Origin: a virus
Taxonomy: Duplodnaviria > Caudoviricetes
Length of the DNA: 40,000 nt
Virus record (IMG/VR): IMGVR_UViG_3300037962_000730
Span: 1-40,000 of that record
Strand: one strand, 5' to 3'
A program made the translations under genes and the position numbers. Below the pieces are notes generated by a model. It was given only the letters and a program-made list of their open reading frames with translations, had not been told where the DNA came from and searched no databases. Positions 1 through 6,940 of this stretch are shown piece by piece; position 1 is the stretch's first letter; the number at the start of each line of letters is the position of its first letter.

Positions 1-1305
1 ATGCCGACTCGTTCTCAATACGCCCTGATGTCTAAAAAAGACAAAAATACAGTCATATTCGTAAGCTTTGTCAGCGCTGTAATCTTTTTTGATTTCTTGA
101 TTTATTTGTACATTGCAGACATTGTCTCAGCTGCTATTTTCCCCGCTAATAACGATCCTACGGTTGCTAAGCTGCAAGGAATGGGGCTGTTTGTCATTGG
201 TTACTTGGCTCGGCCATTTGGTGGTATTGTGTTCGGGCGTTATGGTGATCTCAAAGGTCGAAAGCCGACCTTTTTCCTGAGCATAATCGTTACGGCAGGT
301 AGCTTGCTCGCAATGGCGTGTCTGCCTACTTATGCGCAGTGGGGTGCGCTTGCACCTGCGTTATTCATATTGCTGAGAATCATACAAGGTATGGCATTTG
401 GTCTTTACACACCGCTATCTTGGGTATTTGTGGCGGAGCATGTCCCTCGGCAGTATTTGTCAGTGGCTTGTAGCTACGTTACGGCTAGCTTTTTGGTAGG
501 TGTACTGTTCTCTAATGCGTTTTTTCTGTGGCTGACTGACTTTATGACCACCGTACAGCTGACTGATTATGGCTGGCGTTTGCCGTTTTTTGTTGGCGCC
601 TTACTAACCTGTCTGCCATTGTTGGTATGGCGATTGGTTAAAGAGACTCCGTTTTTCTTGGCGTTAGATAAGCCAAAAACTGGTAAGAATCTAGGTAGAC
701 CATTTACGGTATTATTCAAGCGCTGCAAACATTCTATCTTTGTCAGTATGGTACTGACTATAGTGATATCTAGTATCACCTCTGTCATTGTCCTACTACT
801 GCCAGAACTAATAGAAATCAACTTTACTTTAGACAGTGATTTGTTTAGCTTTTCTCATAGCTTGGGCATCGTATTTATGGTTCTTGGCTGTGTCTTTTAT
901 GGCATGATCTCGACCCATGAGAACTTTGGTAAAATTTTGGTCATTGGTTCTGTTTTACTTATCGCTCAAACACTGGCGTTCTTTTATCATCTGCAGGCGG
1001 GTGGCGACTATATCTTAATCATGTATGCATTGCTAGGGTTCTGTGCCGGTATCATGGGCATGATCCCTGCCATTTTAGTGCAGCTATTTCCGACCAATGT
1101 ACGTCTCACCGGCATTTCTTTTTGTTATAATATTACCTACGGTATCGTGGGTGTGCTGATACCCTTTGGTCTTGGTTACGCCACGACACTCATCAGTTTC
1201 TCGCCAGCGCTATATATTGCCTTTGTGGGCTCTATCGGTATTATTATGGGGCTTTATTTCTATAATTTGCCTGAATTCAAAAAGATTGATCATGTTATTT
1301 TATAA
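1..1305 (+). CDS. MFS transporter, ProP/MHS family (host gene)
   Basis: About 12 hydrophobic segments. Motifs FFDFLIY, ARPFGGIVFGRYGDLKGRK, LRIIQG, GWRLPFF and LFPTNVR are typical of MHS-family MFS proteins. Confidence 0.9.
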   Translation: MPTRSQYALMSKKDKNTVIFVSFVSAVIFFDFLIYLYIADIVSAAIFPANNDPTVAKLQGMGLFVIGYLARPFGGIVFGRYGDLKGRKPTFFLSIIVTAGSLLAMACLPTYAQWGALAPALFILLRIIQGMAFGLYTPLSWVFVAEHVPRQYLSVACSYVTASFLVGVLFSNAFFLWLTDFMTTVQLTDYGWRLPFFVGALLTCLPLLVWRLVKETPFFLALDKPKTGKNLGRPFTVLFKRCKHSIFVSMVLTIVISSITSVIVLLLPELIEINFTLDSDLFSFSHSLGIVFMVLGCVFYGMISTHENFGKILVIGSVLLIAQTLAFFYHLQAGGDYILIMYALLGFCAGIMGMIPAILVQLFPTNVRLTGISFCYNITYGIVGVLIPFGLGYATTLISFSPALYIAFVGSIGIIMGLYFYNLPEFKKIDHVIL

Positions 1306-1343
1306 ATAATAGATCAGTCACTAATTCGAACGATGTTTAAAAC

Positions 1344-1375
1344 TAAGGTGCAATGAGATATCTCATTGCACCTTA
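1344..1375. terminator. Perfect 32-bp palindrome after the MFS gene; probable terminator or operator
   Basis: TAAGGTGCAATGAGAT|ATCTCATTGCACCTTA; no clear U-tract. Confidence 0.45.
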
Positions 1376-1414
1376 TCCATTTGTTTAAGACACAGATATT
1401 AAGGCTTGATAACC

Positions 1415-1477
1415 ATGGTTGATATGACCAACAAACGCCTCTCCGTTGCGCCAATGATTGATTGTATCCACAATTAG
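1415..1477 (+). pseudogene. dusA: 5' remnant of tRNA-dihydrouridine synthase A, interrupted by the prophage
   Basis: Translates MVDMTNKRLSVAPMIDCIHN*. RLSVAPMID matches the DusA N-terminal motif R(F/L)SVAPM(L/I)DWT and diverges exactly at the W codon. Confidence 0.8.
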
Positions 1478-1544
1478 CTAAAAGCCTTTTGTATCGAGGC
1501 TTTGGTTGTATTGTTTTATTGCATGGTACAAATATGGTGCAAAG
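1450..1544. other. Prophage attachment junction: core near 1451-1464 plus putative integrase arm sites
   Basis: dusA similarity ends at ~1464. Hairpin AAAGCCT-N9-AGGCTTT at ~1481-1503. Tandem repeat ATGGTACAAAT/ATGGTGCAAAG at 1523-1544. Confidence 0.6.
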
Positions 1545-1597
1545 GGTTTGAGATATTCAACCACCGATCAATCCTCGGTAGTTGGATTTTAAACATT

Positions 1598-1626
1598 AAA
1601 AAACCCACCAAATTAATGATGGGCTT
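1598..1626 (-). terminator. Rho-independent terminator ending the late operon
   Basis: Imperfect hairpin GCCCATCATTAATTTGGTGGGT followed by a T-run on the minus strand, just after the endolysin stop. Confidence 0.65.
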
Positions 1627-1632
1627 AAGCAG

Positions 1633-2388
1633 CTAAACAGACTGACCGCAACACTCGCACACATTGCTATCTTGCACCGTAACAACTTTAATGCACTGCA
1701 AAAAATTAATCGCGTAGTTTGCAATCGCTTTGTTATCATCAACACCGTTAATCACCCTACGAGCATTTACCCACTCGCTGTACTCCAAGCCGTACTTGAT
1801 GTATTGGCTTAGCCTGCGTGTCGTAAACGTGCCCTTTAACGAGCCGATCGTCAGTATTTTTGCGCTGACAATAGGGTCTAATGCTAAATCAGGATTGTTA
1901 ACCAAGTCGATACCTAAAATGTCGGTAAACTTTTTGTAGTTGCCATAGCCTGTAATCATAACATGACTACGACCACGATATTTATAGCCATCACCGTCAG
2001 CCTCGGGCGTGTTGCCTAGTCGTTCAGCTAAGCGCCCCGTGTCGTATTTATCGAAGTATCTGACACCGCCATACTCAGTGATTGCTTGCATGGTAAATGC
2101 TGTCTCGTGATACGCTGTAGCGAGCATATAAGCGACATACAGAGGATTGTTTGAGTCCAACTCTTTGTAATTGTTAAACGCTGCAAACAAGCCATTTACG
2201 CCATCTACAAAGCCCTGACTGATTGATTTAACTTTAAACAACTCTTTAAATTTAGCAAAGTCAAAGTCCAGCTTGTACTTACCCTCTAAAGTCTCTTGGG
2301 ACAAACCACCCCAATAGCCATCAGGCGTGACACCTATGTCAGATTGCAGCCTTTTTACGCTATCTTTTACGCTATCTTTTACGCTCAT
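1633..2388 (-). CDS. Endolysin, GH19 (chitinase-like) with a short N-terminal PG-binding-like segment
   Basis: YMLATAYHET, EYG, YRGRSHVMITGYGNY and ARRVING motifs. LQ..IGVTPDGYWG at the N-terminus. Start placed at 2388 behind a GGGG SD-like run. Confidence 0.85.
   Translation of the reverse strand: MSVKDSVKDSVKRLQSDIGVTPDGYWGGLSQETLEGKYKLDFDFAKFKELFKVKSISQGFVDGVNGLFAAFNNYKELDSNNPLYVAYMLATAYHETAFTMQAITEYGGVRYFDKYDTGRLAERLGNTPEADGDGYKYRGRSHVMITGYGNYKKFTDILGIDLVNNPDLALDPIVSAKILTIGSLKGTFTTRRLSQYIKYGLEYSEWVNARRVINGVDDNKAIANYAINFLQCIKVVTVQDSNVCECCGQSV
2352..2385. repeat. 12-bp tandem repeat, ~3 copies (SVKD-SVKD-SVK)
   Basis: TTTTACGCTATC repeated in the endolysin 5' end. Confidence 0.8.
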
Positions 2389-2398
2389 ATTTTTCCCC

Positions 2399-2421
2399 AA
2401 AAAAAGCCCCAATTAAGGGGC
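2399..2421 (-). terminator. Terminator between the holin-like gene and the endolysin
   Basis: GCCCCTTAATTGGGGC-TTTTTTT on the minus strand. Confidence 0.7.
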
Positions 2422-2769
2422 GTGTTTATTGCATTTGCTCGACACTTTGCGGACTTGCATATATGCACTGTATCGAGTAACAAGCAGTAGTGATAATATC
2501 CAAGCCACAAAACCCAAAAACCTTGCAAGCGTATAACCCCAATGCCCCTGATAGCCAACCGTATGCAGTGGCGGATATGACGTAATAGCTGATAAAGCCA
2601 AAAAGCCGTAAACCGCCCAGCTTAGTGCGCCTGCGCACACTAAAGACAGCTCGATTATTGGTGTATAGACATCATCATCAATGACGCGCATACTTTTAAG
2701 CATTACAGCTAAACCCAAGATGACAGCACAGACTGCCATCGTTAAATCAAGATAGATTGGCGCTATCAT
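2413..2769 (-). CDS. Holin-like membrane protein (3 TM)
   Basis: Three hydrophobic segments and a basic C-terminus. AGGAGG SD before ATG 2769. Adjacent to the endolysin. Confidence 0.6.
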   Translation of the reverse strand: MIAPIYLDLTMAVCAVILGLAVMLKSMRVIDDDVYTPIIELSLVCAGALSWAVYGFLALSAITSYPPLHTVGYQGHWGYTLARFLGFVAWILSLLLVTRYSAYMQVRKVSSKCNKHAP

Positions 2770-3265
2770 CGCTGCCTCCTTTTTTGTAAGCTGTGTCAAT
2801 TTTAAAGTCGTCATCAACTGACGTATCTAGCCCTGTGCGTTTGCGTACTGCCTGATTGAGCGTCTTGTTTATGCGTTTTTGGTTGCTGATCCACACCATC
2901 GTACCTGCCACAAGTGGCGCACTAAATAGACCTGCTAAGAGCGCAAAAAGTGGTAACGCCTCGGACTGAGCCTCACTAAACGAATTAACCGCTAAGCTCA
3001 GCGCAACACCGCTAAATATACCGATTAACGCTTTTGCGAGACTTGGATAATAAAAGCGCACGTCAATCTCGGGTATTTTGACAAAAGCTGCACATAGACC
3101 ACCTGCTGTCGAAAACACCCAAACGCCTGTCCAACTCAGTAAAAATGGTGCTGGCAAAACACGAGACTCGATAAGCTGCTCAGTCGCCCATGCGCTAATC
3201 GGGTATGATGCAGCTAAAGCAGCTATACAAGCCCACCATAGCTGCCAAAGCTTGATTTTAAGCAT
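2747..3265 (-). CDS. Holin/antiholin-like multi-TM protein
   Basis: Signal-like N-terminus, ~3 further TM segments and a charged C-terminal tail. First gene of the lysis cassette. Confidence 0.55.
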   Translation of the reverse strand: MLKIKLWQLWWACIAALAASYPISAWATEQLIESRVLPAPFLLSWTGVWVFSTAGGLCAAFVKIPEIDVRFYYPSLAKALIGIFSGVALSLAVNSFSEAQSEALPLFALLAGLFSAPLVAGTMVWISNQKRINKTLNQAVRKRTGLDTSVDDDFKIDTAYKKGGSDDSANLS

Positions 3266-3287
3266 CTTTGCCCCTCAAAATTTAGAT

Positions 3288-3311
3288 AATAAAAAACCCT
3301 CAAAAGAGGGT
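3288..3311 (-). terminator. Terminator upstream of the lysis genes
   Basis: ACCCTC-TTTT-GAGGGT-TTTTTATT on the minus strand. Confidence 0.65.
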
Positions 3312-3354
3312 GTTGTGTATAATGCGAATAAATCTGTAATTAAAATACTGCATC

Positions 3355-4554
3355 ATGAAAAAAACAATAAGTATTGAACGCTTGTATTACTCCATAACTC
3401 CATATTTGTTTATCTTGCTAATGGGTGGTTTTATTGCATACCACATAGCGGTGGGCTATGGGTTATTCCCTGCATTTCTAGGTGGTTATTTTGGCATCGC
3501 GTCGGTGGTGGTTGCTGCTATTTATGTGCTTCGACTGCCCAATACTTTGAAGTTAAATATACAGTACGCCCCTGCTTTAAGTTTTTTACATATTTCAATA
3601 TTCTTAATAGCGTTTGTGACAACTATTATTTCATCTACCTATCAAGACATCCCTAACGAAACTGTTACCCAGTCCTATAATACTTTGGTGTTATGGACTT
3701 CATTGTTTTTGCTTGGATTTCACTTATTACGTTCTAATACAAAAAAGACAGTTCGATTAAGTTTCATTTTCTATTTCCTCTTCTTTGGCTTTGTTGCTAT
3801 ATATTTCATTAACACAAAGTCATTAATATTTGATCTGAAGCTTCTAGCAGATGCAGATGCAGATACAGTTTCAGGTTACCAGTCACTGGCTAGGAACCTC
3901 CTTGTTATATCTATACTGCTGATTTGCTATAGCAGCAGAACACCTGTTGTATTGTTTTTAATACTCTCATCTAGCTTCCTGTTCTTTTACTTAGGCGCTA
4001 GGTCAGAATTTGTGGCGTTCCTATTTTTTGGTTCTTTGTTTATGATTTTAAAAACTAGACACCAAAAAAAATACTTACTCACAATTATCGCTATCATACT
4101 CGGATTAATGGCATTATCTTATATATTTAAAGAAGATCTAATGTCTAGTAGGCAGTTACAACTTCTTGATCTAAAAGATTCCGGGTCGTGGTTGGCGCGA
4201 GAAGAATTAGAGCAAAAAAATATAAAAATCATACAGGATCATCCAATACTAGGGTCTTTTGGCGGACATGCTTTAGCCACAGGCGACATTGGAGGTTATG
4301 CACACAATAGTTTGAGCGCATATGTTAATTATGGTCTCGTCTTTTGGCTTGGTTATACATGGTTATGTGTATATACGACATTTAGCTCATTACGTAAGCT
4401 GCTGAAAAACAGTGGCAAACAGCATTGGTGGTACTCTTTTTCAGTAAATGCTGTTTGTCTTCTTTTAATCGTATTCGCAAAACCTGTGTTTTGGGTGATC
4501 CCGTTTTTCGCATGGGGTGTTTATTTCTCAGCGAGAACACTCGGCAAGCGTTAA
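3355..4554 (+). CDS. wzy: Wzy-like polysaccharide polymerase / O-antigen ligase-family membrane protein (moron)
   Basis: 399 aa with ~11 TM segments and AT-rich DNA. GARSEF motif after a TM pair, and a periplasmic loop ending R...HPILGSFGG...YAHN (Wzy_C signature). Opposite strand to the late genes. Confidence 0.75.
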   Translation: MKKTISIERLYYSITPYLFILLMGGFIAYHIAVGYGLFPAFLGGYFGIASVVVAAIYVLRLPNTLKLNIQYAPALSFLHISIFLIAFVTTIISSTYQDIPNETVTQSYNTLVLWTSLFLLGFHLLRSNTKKTVRLSFIFYFLFFGFVAIYFINTKSLIFDLKLLADADADTVSGYQSLARNLLVISILLICYSSRTPVVLFLILSSSFLFFYLGARSEFVAFLFFGSLFMILKTRHQKKYLLTIIAIILGLMALSYIFKEDLMSSRQLQLLDLKDSGSWLAREELEQKNIKIIQDHPILGSFGGHALATGDIGGYAHNSLSAYVNYGLVFWLGYTWLCVYTTFSSLRKLLKNSGKQHWWYSFSVNAVCLLLIVFAKPVFWVIPFFAWGVYFSARTLGKR

Positions 4555-4556
4555 AC

Positions 4557-6716
4557 TTAACACTCTCTTATGCCTACAGTGTATGCAATTTCAACATCGA
4601 CACCTGCGGTAAAATCGTTAATTGAGTTTAAACGAGCAGCGACAGTCTTATTGTTTGCTTGGTATGGTATCACTGAGTAATTAACCTGACCTGCAATAGC
4701 GAGCGATGAGTTGTCAGAAGGTCTAGCGGTTAGTTGCACAAAAGGGCGTCTCGGGTAATTAAAGGGCAGTACCGTCGGTGTGGAGTAGATATTTTTAGCA
4801 GCAGCAGTCACCAACGAAAGTTTGCCCTCCATTTTTTGCAATCGCATCGGCTGGTCTAAATAAGTATTACCTGCGTTTACTGGTGCTCTGACCAACTCAG
4901 ACGGGTAATTTCCACTGATATTGTCTACCACAATCTTATCGCTAATAGCTGCCCCTGAAACGTGGCTAATCGTTGCCACAACAAGGAATTTTGTCGTGTT
5001 GTTGAATACTAAACCATCAGTATTTGAGTTTATTTTAGCGACAGAGCCTCTGTTTGATATTTTTACAAACGTGTTGCTTACGCCACCACCTAAGTTACCC
5101 CAAACCCGACCATTGGCGTTGACGGTTATGTTGCCTTCGGTTGCCTCAGCTTTAATTGCGTTTAAGCTGTTACCCCCGATATCAATAACACCTCTACCGT
5201 CTGCTTGAGCATTGCCGTTTGCGTAGTAGTCGCAATCAATCCAACCAAAATCACCCGACTTAAGCTCTCTAGCAAACCCACATTGCCCGATAGTGTCGGA
5301 ATATATATGGCTGCGTTTGATGTAACACCTATCGCCCCCACCTATATTTGAACCTGCATATAAGGTGCAATCCTCATAAGATGAATCTCTGACATTACCG
5401 TGCATATCCGCCGAACCTGCTAGTGCGTCGGGGTCTGCGTTAAGCGTAGAGTTGTAACACCTAAAATCTGTGACAGGCACACTACAAACATCGTTACCAC
5501 CTCCGAGCGCAATAGCGTGTCGTCTTGAGTAAATATCTGCGTTGTAAACCCTAGCACTTTGACAGTTGGCAAAGCTAATACCGTAGTCGTCACCTGCGCC
5601 CCCCACCATATCAGCACCTTGTCCCGCATTGACACCTTTTGCATAATTGGATACAGGTTTTGTGCAGCGGTCATACATAATTGATGACTCAGTTTCGGCA
5701 TCTATAGTAACGTTTGTGTCATTCGCATCCGATGATAGCGAGAATTTAACAATGCCTTGTTTCTTACCTTTTCGCACTAGAGTGATATTATTAATTTTAC
5801 AAACAACACTATTAAGTTTATAAAGCTCTAATACTAGTCCAACAAGACTATCTGTAAATGGTTTTTCAAAGATCACTTTATTCCCAGATATTGCGAGTAC
5901 CTTTACCCACTCACCTGCTCGATAATTTGCTCGCCATTTGGAGTATGAGTAATCTGTTGGGCAATAAAAACAAAGCCAATCCCCGACTGATATGCCCGAT
6001 ACGTTGTCAAATGTAACAGATTGAGCGCCTTTACTTGGTGCAGCAAAGGTCTTAGCTAACAATGTTACACTACCGCTATTTTGTAATGGGTAGTTGGCTA
6101 CTGAGTCATTAAAATCAAAAGTGACACCCGTTGTGGTAGCAACTACATCAAAGTCGGTCGTACCGCTGTAACCTGCAACAAACTTATAAGTACCTGCTGT
6201 CGGTATATTTACTCGCTTACCTGTAGCTACTGCTGCCTCCAGTGCTGCGCTACAATCATAAGTTGATGTGCGGTTTTTAATAGCTGCCATTTCGCTTGGC
6301 GGGATAAAATCAAGCAAGCTGATAGACTCACTGTTTTTATCCCCCTGTGTTCTTGTTACTGAGCCTGTGACATCGAGCTTGGTATTAATCTCGATAGAGT
6401 CTTTTATGCTAATTCTTTCCATTCTAGGTTCGTAAAAAACCATAGCGCCGTAATTGTCAACAATCTTCACACTGTATGCGTATTGCGAAGCATAGACTTC
6501 TGTCATTTTTCCAGTGTTATACATGAACCCGCCTTTCGTTCTTACGGGCTGCGCCAAAGGAATGGATAAATCGCTGTCTGAGTAAATATTAATAGGATAA
6601 AACTCAGGGTCTTTATTAGGCTCACCAAAATAAACCATGCCATTATCTAATGGTCGACCCGCGAAATCACCTATATACTGGTGTGGTTGTGGCTGTAAAG
6701 AACTGCGTAATGCCAT
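4557..6716 (-). CDS. Tailspike: P22-type head-binding domain plus beta-helix depolymerase
   Basis: N-terminal GRPLDNGMVYFGEPNKDP...LAQPVRT; RTQGDKNSESISLLDF linker; DCSAALEAAVATG..VNIP beta-helix cap. Start re-placed at ATG 6716 (GGAG SD). Confidence 0.9.
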   Translation of the reverse strand: MALRSSLQPQPHQYIGDFAGRPLDNGMVYFGEPNKDPEFYPINIYSDSDLSIPLAQPVRTKGGFMYNTGKMTEVYASQYAYSVKIVDNYGAMVFYEPRMERISIKDSIEINTKLDVTGSVTRTQGDKNSESISLLDFIPPSEMAAIKNRTSTYDCSAALEAAVATGKRVNIPTAGTYKFVAGYSGTTDFDVVATTTGVTFDFNDSVANYPLQNSGSVTLLAKTFAAPSKGAQSVTFDNVSGISVGDWLCFYCPTDYSYSKWRANYRAGEWVKVLAISGNKVIFEKPFTDSLVGLVLELYKLNSVVCKINNITLVRKGKKQGIVKFSLSSDANDTNVTIDAETESSIMYDRCTKPVSNYAKGVNAGQGADMVGGAGDDYGISFANCQSARVYNADIYSRRHAIALGGGNDVCSVPVTDFRCYNSTLNADPDALAGSADMHGNVRDSSYEDCTLYAGSNIGGGDRCYIKRSHIYSDTIGQCGFARELKSGDFGWIDCDYYANGNAQADGRGVIDIGGNSLNAIKAEATEGNITVNANGRVWGNLGGGVSNTFVKISNRGSVAKINSNTDGLVFNNTTKFLVVATISHVSGAAISDKIVVDNISGNYPSELVRAPVNAGNTYLDQPMRLQKMEGKLSLVTAAAKNIYSTPTVLPFNYPRRPFVQLTARPSDNSSLAIAGQVNYSVIPYQANNKTVAARLNSINDFTAGVDVEIAYTVGIREC

Positions 6717-6736
6717 GTTGGTCTCCAAAAAATAGG

Positions 6737-6796
6737 CAAAAAAATACCCGCGCATGGCGGGATTGTGGGCAATAAAAAACCGCCAATTAAGGCGGT
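6737..6796 (-). terminator. Two tandem terminators upstream of the tailspike
   Basis: ACCGCCTTAATTGGCGGT-TTTTTATT (6771-6796) and CCCGCCATGCGCGGG-TATTTTTT (6737-6762). Confidence 0.75.
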
Positions 6797-6801
6797 ATGT
6801 T

Positions 6802-6879
6802 TTAGGGTTTTCGTTGTTGTCCGTCTGATGCTGCGTAGATAAAGACAATAAAAAAGATAATTGCACTAATCCAGCCCAT
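6802..6879 (-). CDS. Unannotated 25-aa single-TM peptide MGWISAIIFFIVFIYAASDGQQRKP
   Basis: Read by hand. GAGGT SD 5 nt before ATG, own promoter upstream, terminator immediately downstream. Confidence 0.7.
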   Translation of the reverse strand: MGWISAIIFFIVFIYAASDGQQRKP

Positions 6880-6911
6880 TTTCTACCTCGCTTTTGGTGG
6901 TGTGTCTATGG

Positions 6912-6940
6912 ACTATAAAACAGACTAACGATACTAGCAA
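6912..6940 (-). promoter_or_regulatory. Sigma70 promoter for the 25-aa peptide
   Basis: TTGCTA-N17-TATAGT on the minus strand. Confidence 0.65.

Noticed and set aside
2426-2638. Nested alternate-frame ORF as an embedded Rz1-like lipoprotein
   Set aside because: The first Cys is at residue 38 in a poor lipobox (LYAC), no SD was seen, and the host gene is multi-TM rather than an i-spanin.
3078-3377. 99-aa plus-strand ORF upstream of wzy as a conversion partner
   Set aside because: Antisense shadow of the holin-like gene; TTG start, no TM segment, no SD.
6717-6866. 50-aa N-terminal extension of the tailspike in the ORF track
   Set aside because: It runs through two terminators and the peptide gene. 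The SD and head-binding domain support ATG 6716.
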